NCBI GenBank assembly: GCA_000388065.2
Contig: KB932202.1
From: Fonticula alba ATCC 38817
Lineage: Eukaryota; Protista; Nucleariida
Length of the DNA stretch: 64,000 nucleotides
Strand: one strand, 5' to 3'
Part shown: positions 1 through 12,800 of the stretch, piece after piece
Layout: each line of letters begins with the position of its first letter
How positions within the stretch are numbered: the first letter of the stretch is position 1
Translations under genes and position numbers: made by a program
Notes under the pieces: generated by a model
The model's database searches: none
The model's input: the letters and a program-made list of their open reading frames with translations, nothing else
Told to the model about the DNA's origin: nothing

Positions 1-26
1 TCCGCCCTCCGCCCTCCCAACCCCAG

Positions 27-3000
27 GCCACATTGGATCGATCAAGCTCTCCCTCTCCTGGACCAAGCTCCTGTCGGACCCGATGCATGTCTCGATCGAG
101 GGGCTGTACTGTGTGCTGTCCATCTCGCCGGATGATCTGGACGCGGTGGATCTCGTCGCCGGATCTCTCCGACCGGAATCAGTGCTCGTATGTTCCTTTC
201 CTCTCTTTCTCCCTTCGCTCTCCCCCTCCCCCCCCCCTCTCTCCCTCTCTCTGTCTCCCCTCCCTCCCCGGTGTCGTGTTTTTCTTTGTCCCCCCGCCCA
301 TCCCCCCTCCGCCATCTGGGCGATCACCTTGTCATCGCCCCTGCCTGACACGGCCCTATCGTCCTGCTCCTCGCTCCCCCGCCCCCCCGCCGCAAATAGG
401 ACTTCCTCGAGCGCCGAGTGCAAGATGCCATGAAGGACCTGGCCAGCTCGCTCAGTGGAACTCCTTCGGCCTCTTCCGGCTCGGCCAAGGGCCCGAAGAA
501 CACCGGCTTCGGAGCTCGCCTTGTGGCCCGGCTCATCCAAAACCTCCACCTGGTCGTTCGGAACATCCACGTGCGCTTCGAGCATGTCTTTCCGGCGCCG
601 ACCTTTGCCGGCCGGGGCGCGGCCGGCCCCTCTGGCCGGCGCTCGCCCGGGCCTGGCCCCGGTGCCGGCACCGGGCGCGGCATCAGCGCCGGCCTGACCC
701 TCGGGTCCTTGGTCCTCGGTAATGCCCCCACTGGGGAGCCCTCGAAGAAGGGCAAACCCCCGGCCGGGGGCTCCTCCTCGGGGAACCCCTTCGACACGGC
801 CAGCAAATCCAGCCGCGGGAGCAAGAAGCCCAGCCGGTCGGACGCCGGGTCCGGTGGCGTGGATGCCGGAGCCCCGGATGCCGGCGTCCGCAAGGAGCTT
901 GCTCTCGAATGCCTGGCGGTGTACCTGAATCAGCATGAGGCCGACTGGCCCGGGACCGAAGACCCGCGCGCGTGCCCGGCCTCCGGCGGCCCGGCGTCCT
1001 GGCTGCTGGGTCGCGATCTGGACCGCACGCGCTTCGCACACCGCATGGCCGGGTGCATTGCCTCGGAATCGGTGGCCTCGACGGCGGCCACCGGCGGCGT
1101 GGCGCCGCTTGCATGCACGCACGTCCTTCGGCCCTTCAGCCTGGCGGCGCAGGTGTCCCTGCGGAATGTCGGCCAGCCGCCGGTCACTTGCATCGATGTC
1201 CGGGCGCGGCTCCACTCGCTGCCCCTCTACCAGGCGGGGTCCATGCTGGCGGTGGATGACCGCGGCGTGTCGACCCGCGACTATCGGCTCCCCTCCGGGA
1301 CCAATGTGGCTCCGGAGGTCGGGGCCCTGCGCATCGAGCTTGCCGCCGGCCAGTATGCCCACCTGCTGGCCGTGGCCGGCGATGTGATGCTGCGCATGCA
1401 GCGCCGGCATCGGGCCGCCGGTCGGGCGCGCTTCGGCCTGGTCACCCCGGCCCCCTTGCCCTCTCCCTGCCGGTCGCCGACTGCCCCGCCGTTGATGCCC
1501 TCGCCGCTGCTCAGCCCGAGCACCGGCGTCGACCTCTCCGGGCGGACTCCGCTGGCTCGGCTCCGGTGGCAGTATGCCGTGGCGTGTGTGCTGGCGCGGA
1601 CGCCGGCCGGGCCGACCTCCTCGGCCCGGCGCATGCACCAGGTGGCCCGAGCCCGGCAGGCCTGCCAGCAGCTGGCTCGCGACCTGGCCCTGATGGTATC
1701 CTCCTCGGGGTCGGCCATCATCTCGTCCTCCGGCGGCCCGGCCGGGGCCCTGCCGGCTGCCGGTCTCGAAGCCGGCGGGGGGTCTGCCTCTGGGTCCTCC
1801 TCCAGCAGCTCCTCCGGCTCCTACTCCAAGGCCCTGGCCGACGCCCGGGCGCGCTCTCTCCAGGCCGAGCGCAACTACATCTACCTGATGCTGCAGTGTG
1901 ACCTGACCGAGCCGCATTCCGTGGGCGGGCCCATTTCCGCGGTGCCCGTGACGGCTCTCTATGAAGCGGCGCAGGTCCTGCGCGCCATTCGCGACCAGGC
2001 CCTCGGGGTGGTGGCGCAAATGACCGAGGCGGCCCTGCGCATTCGCGACGCCAACAAGCGCTTCTCCTCGTCCGGCGGCGGGTCGGCCACGTCCGGCGGG
2101 GCGTCGACCGGGTCGCGTCTCAAGCCCCCCTCCGGGCGGCGCTCCCGCGCCGACTCCCTCAGCTCGGCGCGCATCCTCTCCCAAACGGCCGATGCCCCGG
2201 ATCCCGGCACCCCCGACCCCACCCCCGACGGGCCATCCATCCCCCGGAGCACGTCGCTCGCCTCGCTGTCGGGCATCCCGGCATCCGGGTCCTTCGCCAG
2301 CGATCTGGCTGCCATGGCTGGCGGCCCGGCATCCGGCCGGGCCAGCTTCGCCGACAGCCCGGCCACCGAGGAGGACGAAGAGGTGGCCATGGCCCGGGCG
2401 GCGGCGGCCATGGCGGCGGCGGCGGCCGCCTCGCGTTCCGGCTCCTCGGGCTCCGGGGCTTCCTCCTCCGGCGCCGGCGCCGGGGCCTCCTCCTCGTCGG
2501 CCACCAAGCGCCTGTCCTCGCGACTGAAGGGCATGTTCCGGCCGAAGGACTCCCCCGGGTCCGGTGGCACTGACCCCTCGCTGGTGGCCGCGTCGCACCA
2601 TCACCGCGCCTCGTCCTCTTCCTCCTCGCCCGGGGGGACTCCCCCTCCGGGGTCCGGCGGCTCGTCGCATGAAACCCTGCCGCCAGTGGCCCCGGAGGCC
2701 AGTGCGGCTGCCTCCTCCTTCCGGATCACGCGGTCGCCCTCGGTCGGCTCGGGGCTGGCCTCCTCCGAGCTGGGAACCGGCTCGGTCGGCTCGTCGCAGC
2801 TGTCCATCGGCTCGGGGGCGTTTGCATCGTCGGGATCCGGTGCCGGGGCCAATGCCGCCCCCTCGAGCCGGTCGGCCTCGGTGCCGGCCTCCCCGTCGGC
2901 CGGCCTGTCGCCGGCTGCCTCGTCGCTGGATGTGCGCTCGGGCGCCGGCAAGCCCGGGCCGGCGCCCTACCTCACGCCATCGGCCATGGCGGCGGCCTTC

Positions 3001-6000
3001 GATGCGGCGCTGTCCCTACGGCCGACCGGGCCGGTGGACGGGGCCGATCGGTCCGCCTCGCCGCCGCTGCGTGCCACCGATGCCGCCGGGCCCGGCGGTG
3101 TCGGCCGGCCCGGGCCGGCGATCACCGTCGGGTCGTTGGTGACGGCCGCCGCGGTGACCGGCACTTCGGCATCGTCCCCGGCCAGCCCGGGTGGGCGGCA
3201 GTTGCACATTTCCGACGCCGTGGCCGACTATGTCAGCCTGACCGGTCTGCGCGACAGCGACTGGGACAGTGTGCTGGGTCTCGGGGATGATCCGACCGCT
3301 TCCGGGGAGTCTCTCCCATCCGGGCGCTCCTCGTCCGGCGAGAAGGCCGCCTCGCGCCGGCGCATGGAAGTTGCCTGGCGCCTGCGGTGCGACATGCCCG
3401 GGCTGATTGTGGTCATGCGCCGGGGCGCGTCCAGCTCGGCGCATGAGCCGATGTCCCGCTCGCGTCCGGCCGGCCACCACCGGGATGAGATCTTCCGCGT
3501 GTGTGTGTCCGGCCTGAGTGTGTGCGTCGGGTCGCACGGGGGCCAGCTGCCTGCGCGGGCGGGTACCGGCTCGCGTCGTGCGATGTCGAGCTCCGGGGCC
3601 ACGGCCGGCGCCCCGGCCTCCGGCCTTCGGCACTCCTCGTCCACGCTCTCCATCAGCTCGGTGACGTCGGTGTCATCCACGCGCCCGGGGTCGGCCCCGA
3701 ATTCGGCCCCCCTGGACATGGCCGGCTTCGTGCCCGGGCCCGATGACTTCGGGGGGACCATCACCCTGGAGGCTTTGCGCATTTTGTCCGGCGTCGAGCC
3801 CGCCAATGGGGGGCTCGTGCTGGAGTGTGCCCTGCCCGTGTCGGCCAGTTCCAGTGGGCTGACCTTGAGTGTTGACAGTTTGGCCTCCGGCTCGGATGCC
3901 GGGCTGGAGGGCAGTGCGGATCTCTTGCAAACGGCCAGCCGGGCAGCGGTCAGCATCTTCCTGACGCCCCAGCCGCTGCCGGGCATCATGCCCTCCGGGG
4001 CCGATGCCACGGCCATGCCGGCCCCCCTGGCCGTGGACGTGTGCCTTCAGGCCACCCTGCGTGCCAGCTACCCGACGGCCGCCGTGGCCGCCTGGCTGGA
4101 CTGGCTGGCGCCGGACTTCTCGCTGGCCCATGGGGGCACCCCTGGCGGCGGGCCCTCCCGGGGTGGGTCGTCCTCGGGGACCGGCGATTGCCCGGTCGAG
4201 CGGGACCTCCGGCAGTATGTCCATGCGGCGGTGCATTCCTTCATGGAGCGAGTTGCCCGGGGATCGGACGCCCAGGACCTGGCGGCCCTGCTGGGCAGCC
4301 CGCTGTTTTTGGGCAGCGCGGCGGCCGGGGCCACCGACACGGCGAACACCGGCGGCTCCTTCGGGTCGGTGCAGTCGCCGACAGCGCGGCCGCACGCCGA
4401 CCGCCTTGGCCGTGCGCGCATGAATCTCCTGCGTGCCTGGCAGCACATTTCCAGCCAAACGGCCGGCTACTTCCTGTCAGCGCATGTGAGCTTCAATCAT
4501 GGGCTCTTCCTGTTGGTTCCCGGCACGCGATTTGCCTCGCGTGGGCACACCGGCACCGGCCGGCCGGGGGATGTCCTCGGGGCGATGCTCGTGTCGGCGG
4601 ACTTCCTGAGCCTGGAATTGACCCCGCCCAGTGTCCTGGCCCCGGGGTTCACCTACCCGGTTGGCGGGCCGGCCGATGGCAAGGGCCCTGCCGGGGGGGG
4701 GCCGGCCGGCGACCGGGACTTCGTGGACTCCCTGAGCGAGGGCCCGGACCCGCTGGCCCGGGCCGACCTCATCGCCACCGGCCAGGTGAGCCAGCTGGCG
4801 GTTCGGGCCCCGGAGATGCGTCTTTCGCACTTGGCCCTGGCGGCGCCGGTGGTGGATTCCGGCCTGGCCGGGGCCGGGGCCGCGTGCCTCGGCTGCCTGG
4901 AGGCCGCCCTGATCGGGGGCTTCTTCCACCGGACGGCCGACCTGGCCCGGGAGTCCGGGCTCTCGCCGGCGGCGTGGGCCGCGCAGTTGGAAATCCCGGC
5001 CGGGGATTTGCCGCTGCACTGTGGCCAGCATCCCTGGGCAGCTGGCGGGTGCGCGGCCTCGGCGGCTGCCCCATCGAAGCCCATGGTCCGGCGGTCGCCC
5101 TTCGACGAAGACCCGGCCCCGGTGGCGTCGACCAAGCGCTCTCCCTTCGACGAGCCGGATGGCCCCTCCCCGGGGAAGCGGTCGCCCTTCGACGAGGCCC
5201 CGGCCCCGGCCCCGGGCCCGGGCCCGGTCCGGAGGTCGCCATTTGATGATGCCCCGGTGCCGGGCAAGCGGTCGCCCTTCGACGAGGGCCCGAGCTTGGC
5301 CCCGGTGCCGGCGGCCCCGCTGGGCGATTGCCTGTCGCCTTGCCTCGGGCGGCGGTGCGATTTCGACCTGGCCGTGCACATGCCCGGCATGGTGGTCACC
5401 CCGACCATGGGCCCGGTGGTGGTGGCGGTGGATGTCCTGCTGCCGGCCTTCCCCGAGTCTCTGACCGGGGCCGGCCTGACGCGCGGCCGGCTCACCAGCC
5501 TGGCAGCCGTGCTGCCTGGTGCTTGGGTTGACGTTCGCCTGGGAACCGGCGAGCCGATCCCGGTGCTGGCGGACTCCCGCTCGGTGGCTTGCATGTTTGC
5601 CTGCCTGACCGAGACGCTGGGCCCCTTCTTCCGGATGCGGCTCATGTCGCCGGTGCACCTGCCGGCCGGGGCCGGGGCCGGTCGAATTGACCAGGCCGGG
5701 CTCCTGGCGACCGGGGCCGGCTCCGCGGCATACGGCTCGCCCGGTGGCGATGGCAGCGACAACGGTGGCAGCATTCCCGGCAGCCCGGCCGGCCTCGGGC
5801 CCGGGTCCCGGCGGCTGAGCTTCCACCCGCCGGCGGACACGCGCCCCCGGTGGCGACCGGCGGCCGCCGGGGGCACCGGCGATCCGCTGATCTCCGGCAC
5901 GGCGGCCGCCGATGCGGTGGACGAGGTCCCCGGGGACTTTGTCAAGGCCCGGGTGTCGGTCTTCGTGTCGCCGATGCGCATTCGGCTGTCGCTGCCGGCG

Positions 6001-6859
6001 CTGGCAGCATTGGCCCCGGGGCCCGGGACCCCGGCACTGACGCGCCCCCGCCGGGGCAGTGTCTTTGGCGGCCCGGCGGCGCCGGCTCGCTCGGGCACCA
6101 GCACATCGCTGGCCTCGGTGGCCGCCGGGCCGGGCGCCGGGCCGGCCATCGCCCTGGTGGTAGCCACCGGGGCCTTGCGTCTGTCGGTGCGCGACTCCCA
6201 AAATATGACCTCCGTGCGCATGGGGCTCGACGGGGCCCGGGTGTCCTTGAGCCTGCCCGACCCGACCAGCGGCTCGGAGACGTCCCTCTCCTCGGCGCTC
6301 CTGACCATCGTCGACATGGGGAGCATCGGCTCCGGTGATGGGGGCCCCGTCGTGCCGGCCATGCGGCTGCTGGTGCGCTCCGGCCGGCAGGTCACCCCGG
6401 GGGCGGTCCTGCAGCTGGCCGGGCGCCGGGGCGTCGGCATGCCGGATCTCCTGCTGGACACCCTTCCCGGGGCGGAGCGCGTCCCGGGCACCGGGGCCCG
6501 GCTGCCGGGCGGCCGGGCCCGGGCCTACAAGGAAATCGAGGTGTCCTTCCCCTGTCCCTCGGTGCATGTGACCCTGCCCCTGTCATCGATCATGGCCAAC
6601 CTCGGCCGGCATTGGTCCGGCCCGGGTGACGTGGCGGCCATCCGCCGGGCGGTGGCCAGCGTGCAGCAGCTCCTGGCACACCGGGATCTGGGTGTGCTGG
6701 CCCGGTCGCTGGCGGGCTTCGGCCGGGTGGTTGCGCCGGGGGCGGGCCCGCGTCTGGGTGCCGCCTGCCTGGCCCCGGACCTCGGGGCTTGGGGGGTGTT
6801 CCACCAGGGCCTGGGCGAGCGCTCGGCCATGCCGCCAGCCCGTGGGTCGGGCAGCAGCA

Positions 6860-6892
<33 letters not shown>

Positions 6893-9800
6893 TCAGCAAG
6901 CAGCCCTCGGCCGCCGGGCTGCATCCGCTCCCGGCCACCTGGACCCAGGTGTATGCGCTGGCCGGCTCGGCCAAGGACCACATCCGGCTGGCATTGCCGG
7001 CGCTCGATGTGGAGATCCGCCTGCCGGGCATCGGCGGAGCGCCGGTGACCGACGCGACGGCCGACGCGTCGCCCGGTCGGCGGCCGGCTGCCTCGGCTTC
7101 CGGGGCCGCGGCCGCGGTCAGCTCCTCCTCGCTGGGCTTCCTGGTGGAGGGCCTGTGCCTGGAAATCGTGGAGGGGGTGGCCTTCACCCGGGCGCCGGGG
7201 ACCGCCAGCCTGAGCCCGGGCTTCGGCCGGCTGGCGCTCAGTGTGTCGGCCACGCGCGTGTCGTCCACCTTCACCCCGGGCACGGGGCTCGGCATGGCGC
7301 CGACCCCGAGCTCGGCCGCCGCGCGCGAGCACATCCTCCGCATTCGGCCCCTGCCCACTCCGGGGAATGCCAGTCTCCGGGCCGGGCAGCTGTACTGGTC
7401 GATGCTCGGGGACCCGGCCGTCGGGACGGCGCCCCTGGTCGGGCCGCTGTCCCTCTCGGCGGCCGAGAGCATGTGGGTCTTCTGCCCGCGGGTGGATGCC
7501 ACCGGGCGCGCGCAGCCGTCCGCCCATGGGGCCGGGCATGGCGGCGACCTGGGCGCCGGCGAGCCGGCCGCCCGGCGCCCGGTCATGCTCCTGCGCCTGA
7601 GTCTGCCAAACCGGGCGGTCGTCGCGCCGGCTGTTGGCCCGGCGGGCCCGGCCTCCCTGTGGCCCTTGCTCCATGGTGGGGACCTGGCCGCCGGCGGGGG
7701 GAACCCCTTCGACACGCGGCCAGCCGGGCCGGGCGCCGGCGCGGCCCCGGCCGGGTCCGAACTCCTGTCGGCCACCGATCCGTATCTCCTGCTGCCGGGT
7801 GCCCTGGGCCGGCCGGAGCCAGCCAACACCGTGTCCGCGGCCGTGGACCTCGGTCGCCTGGAGGTGACCCTCCCCCCGAGCTTGTCCCTCTCACTGCTGG
7901 ACCTCAGCCACTTGGCCTCCCTGTCGGAGAGTGTCATCCGCCCGCGGGTCCAGACGACCAAGGCCGTTGCGGCGGCGGCGGCGGCGGCGGCCGCCGCCGC
8001 CGCCGTCACCAGCAACCCCTTCGCCGGCGCCGGGGACGCCGACGGCAGCCCAGCAGGCGAGGCGTCCACCATGTCGGCCCCCACGCTGACGGAGAAGCTG
8101 CTCCCGGTGGCTCGGCAATTGCGCTGCGTGACGGTCTTCACCCGTCTGCATGGGCTGGATGTTGGCCTGCTGCTGAGCCTGACGAGCTTCGGCAAGGGCG
8201 GGCCCGGTGGCCCCGGCGCCGGCGGCCCGGGCCGCGGGTCGGCCGGGCCGGCGGCCACCGGGGCCGGGAATGCCGCCGCCCGGCTGTCCATCACGGCCGG
8301 CGAGCTGCTGGCCGCGATTGGCCAGCTGCCGGACTTCCATGCACATGCCCTGCCGGGCGTCGCTTCCACGGACCCGGGCCCCGGTGACGGGGTCTCCACG
8401 GCGGACGGCCAGCTCTTTGACACATGGCCCATGTCGGTCAGTCTGGCCGGCCTGGCGGTCAGCATGACGCCGAGCCAGCGCCAGGCGCGCATTGGCACCG
8501 GCCGGGCCTCTCGCCTGGCCTCCGCCCCGCGCGGCAGCCTGCCGGTCCTGCTGCCCTTGAACCTGACCGTGAAGGCCGAGCCGCGCCTGGCCCGGGTGTG
8601 TCCCAGCTGCCCGGTTGACCAGTCGCACCCGGCGCGGCTGCCCCGGGCTCGGGCCGGCAGCTCGTCAGCCGATCGGGGGAACCCCTTCGCCGGTGGCCGG
8701 GCCCCGGATGGCGGGTCCTTCGGCGATCGTGGGAACCCCTTCGGCGGGCCGGCTCCCTCGGCCAGGAGTAACCCCTTCGACGGCGGCCCGGCCACTCGGA
8801 CCCCGGCCAGGGGCAATCCCTTCGCCAGTGGCGAGCCGGCCGGCGCCCGGGGCAACCCCTTTGCCAGCCCGGCGCGCGACCCCCGGACGCCGGTTCTGGC
8901 CGATGTCGCGTGCATTTGCCAGTCGGCGGCCGGCCGGCCACCGGTGGCCCTCTGCCGAGTGGATGTCCGAGCGGAGCTCGGCGTCGTGGTCGTGTCCGGC
9001 CGCGGGCTGGATGCCGCGCTGACTGCCGTGGCGGATGAGCTCCTGCCGCTGCTGGCCCCGCGGTGCATTGCCATTTGGGCGGCGCGCGGCGCTGTGGCCG
9101 CCGCCGGCGAGGACAGCACCCCCTTCCTGATTGGCAGTGCCAGCCCGGTGCTGGGGGGGCCGGGCAGCATGGTGGCCGCCGCGTCGAGCGTGCCGCTGAC
9201 CATGCGCCAGCGCCGGCTTCTCCACCGGCAGAGCCGGGCCTTCCACCGGAGCGGCCTGGACTTCCAGCATGGCATGCTGCTGGAGTCGCGTGTGGATGTT
9301 CGCCTGGCCGGGGCACGCTTCGAGCTGGCCCTGCCCGGGGCCCTGCTGCCGGGGGTGGCCGATCCGCCGGAGCACCTGCCCACCAGCTTCCCCTTCGCCC
9401 AGGTGGACCCGGTTCAAGTGACCGCGGTCCTGAGCCTCGGCAAGCCGGCCAGCTGGGACGCCCCGGCCCACTTCGACTGCGAGATGGACCTGTCCCTGCC
9501 CGGGGAAACGGCCTTGCGCGTGGATCCGGCGGTCAGCCGGTTCCTGCTGCAGCTGGCGGCCGCTGGCCAGGCGCTGGCCCTGCAGGCCCATCCCATTGTT
9601 CGGCTTCTGTCCCAGGCGTCGCCGGCCACCGGGCGTGCCGATGCCGGGGCCGGGTCGGCGGCGGCCGGCGGCTCGGCCGGCGGCTCGGCCGCCTCGCCCG
9701 GGTCCTCCCCGGCCAGCGGGTCTGCATCATCCGGGCCAGCCGGTGGCGCCGGCGCCAGCGCGCATCCCCTGTCTCTGATGAGCCGCATCCGGCCCGGGCA

Positions 9801-12800
9801 CTTTGCCGTCCGGGCGGTCATCGGTCCGGTGGTGGCCATCCTTTCGCCGAGTGCGCTGCCGGCTCCGGGGGCCCCGGCCCCGGGGGATTGTCCGCCGTTG
9901 GCCCAGCTGTCGCTGGCGGCCATGCGGGTGCGGCTCTTCCTGTCGCCGGACCCGGCGCTGGTGGAGTCGGTCGAGACGCGGGCCGGGCTGCTGGACCTCG
10001 GTGGGGCGACCGGGACGGCGGCCGCCGCGGCCGCCGCCTCCGTGCCCCTCGGGTCGCTGGGCTTGCTGCCAGGGGCCACGGTCGCCTGGCGTGTCAGCTG
10101 CGCGGTCAGCCTCGAAGAGGCGGCCGTGTGGCAGACCCTGCCCTGCGCCCGGCCGGCTGGGGCATCCTCCCCCGGCTGTCGGTATGATCCGGCCATGCAG
10201 GCCTGGTCGTGCAAGCGCCCCGGCGGCGGGGCCACCGGTCCCGGCGGCATCAAGGCCTCGGCCTGGTCGCAGGGCCGGCGCGATTCGGTCCTCAGCCCCC
10301 TCGGGGTGGAGGCCTTCCTCGGCGGCAGCGTGGCCCTGTCGGTGCCCTTGCTGAGCCGACTCTATCGCGATGCCGGCGGGGCTGATGGGCCGGTGGCCGC
10401 GGCCGCCGGTGCCCTGCCGACCCCCCTGTGCCCGGACCGTTGCGGGCATCACCACCTCTTTACGTGTGCTCTTCCGATCTGGCGGCAGCGTGGCCCTGTC
10501 GGTGCCCTTGCTGAGCCGACTCTATCGCGATGCCGGCGGGGCTGATGGGCCGGTGGCCGCGGCCGCCGGTGCCCTGCCGACCCCCCTGTGCCCGGACCGT
10601 TGCGGGCATCACCACCTCTTTGCGGCCACCGCCCCGCGGCTGGTGTCCGGGGATCTGGTGGGGACGGTGAGCCTGGCCGCGGCCTCGAGCACCGCCGCGG
10701 CCGGTGGGTCCTCCTCCTCGGAGCTGCTCACGGTGGCCGCGGCGGCGGCCGCCGCCGCCGCACAGGATGACCCCGCCAGTGGGGGCTCTTCGCCCAGGCT
10801 GCCCGGCGGGCCTGGCTCCCCGGGCAGCCCCGGGCGCCCGGGCGGGCTGCTCCTCCGCGTGACCCCGCTCCTGGCCCGGGTGTGTGCTTTGGCCTTCGCG
10901 GCGCCGGCGCCGGTCANNNNNNNNNNNNNNNNNNNNNNNNNNNNNNNNGGGGCTCTTCGCCCAGGCTGCCCGGCGGGCCTGGCTCCCCGGGCAGCCCCGG
11001 GCGCCCGGGCGGGCTGCTCCTCCGCGTGACCCCGCTCCTGGCCCGGGTGTGTGCTTTGGCCTTCGCGGCGCCGGCGCCGGTCGCCGGGCCCGGGAGCGCG
11101 GTGGCCGCGGCGGCCGTGGCTCCGGGGTCCTCTTCGGCCGGCGGCCGTGGGGTGGCCGGCGTGGCCAAGGCCGATGCCCGGGCCAAGCACGCCGCCGGGG
11201 CCCCGGCCAGCCGGCACTCCTTCCACCACGACCCGATCTTGGGCCATGACGGGGAGTTCAGCTTCTATTCGGCCCTGGCCGAGGCCAGTGCCGAGCGTCA
11301 GCAGGCCGCGCAGCAGGCCGCCTCGACATCGGCCGGGCCGGCGCGCGGGCCTTTGCGCCGGGCCGGCGCCTCGGCCGCCGGCGGGCCCCCCCGGCGTAGC
11401 ATGTCCGCCGACTCGACCGTGTGCACGTGCGCCGAGCTGGCCAGCTCGAACCCCTTCGGTGGGGAGGTGTGTGCCGGGTGCACCGGGCGCCGGGTGTCGC
11501 GGGCCAGCCGGCCCTCCTTCGCCTCGTCGGTGTCCGGCCAGCCGCCGGCCACGACCGCCGGGCCGCATGACCCCACCAGCGACAGCGAGTCGGAGTGCGA
11601 CTCCGGCGACGAGCACCTCGCCGAGGGGTCCGATGGCGGTGGTGGCCCCCGGCGAAGCATGTCCTCCCCCGGGGTGGCAGCCGGCGCCGAGACCTCCTCC
11701 TCCTCCTCCTCCTCCTCGCCACCGGCGCAGGTCATCGACCGGGAGGATGTCCTGGTCCCGCGATTGATGATCGATCCGCCGCAATCCACCCCGCTGGTGG
11801 ACCACCAGGCCGGGGAGGACTTCCCCCAGCAGACCCCCCTGCCCGGGGTGTCCCTGGACTTGACCCTGGTGCTGGCGCCCATTTCCATCGAGATTACGTG
11901 TCCCCCGACGGAGGCCGGGGCCCCGGTCGGGGCCGACGCCCAGTGGCTGACCTTCGGCCTGCCGGGGGAGACCAGTGTCCGAGTCAGCGGCTCGGCCCCT
12001 GGGCGCCTGGCTTTGGCGGCCGCCGTGCCGGCCTTCTGCCTGCTTTCGGCCACCCCGGCCGAGGGGGTGTGGGAGGAGATCCTGGCCGGGCTGGGGGTCC
12101 GGCTGGATGCGCACGCGCGGGTGGACCTCTGGCCACCGGGCTCGAGCCCGGCCTCGCGGGCGCCACACTTTGCATCGATGTCCCTGCCGCCGAACTTCGC
12201 CCAGCAGGACGCCTCGGCCGGGGATGTGGCGGCGGCCATGGCCGCCGCGTCGGCCCCGGCCCCGGCCCCGGGGCTTCGCCTGCAGCAGCCGGCCTACTTC
12301 GTGGAGTCCGGCCGCGATGCGGCGCATGCCGTCATCCCGGGCATCTCCCTGGGGGGCGGGCCTCTGCGGCTGTCCCAGGCGCGTATCGGCATGTCGGTGG
12401 GGTCCGGCCCGGCGGCCGCCGGTGCCACGACCGTTCGCCTGTCGGAGGCCGTCATGACCAAGGGCATGGCCGCGGTGGCCGGGTGGATGGCCAGCCTGGC
12501 GCCCACCGGCTCCTCCCCGGTGCCGGGCCCTGTGGCCACTGGCCCGGTGGCGGAATCGGCCTCGGCCGAAATGCAAGCCGCCTCGGCCTCGGCCGCGGCG
12601 GCGGCCACCAAGGCGGTGGACGAATTTTGGCTGTACAACCGCACAGCGGCCGATGTGTTTGTCCAGTTGCCCGGGTGCCTGGCGTCGGGTTCCGGCCATG
12701 GGCCGGGCTCGTCGGCCGCCACCGGCCCCAACAGCACCATCCACCTGCTGCCCTTCTCGGATGTCTTGTGCCAGTTTGTTCGTCCCCCTTCGGGATCCGG

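Noticed and set aside
5089-5286. CRISPR-like repeat-spacer array (also considered for 8674-8868)
   Set aside because: The repeats are short, degenerate at synonymous positions and in frame within a eukaryotic CDS, and there are no cas genes.
10440-10560. Programmed frameshift or pseudogenisation of VPS13
   Set aside because: The shift is fully explained by an adapter-containing duplication.
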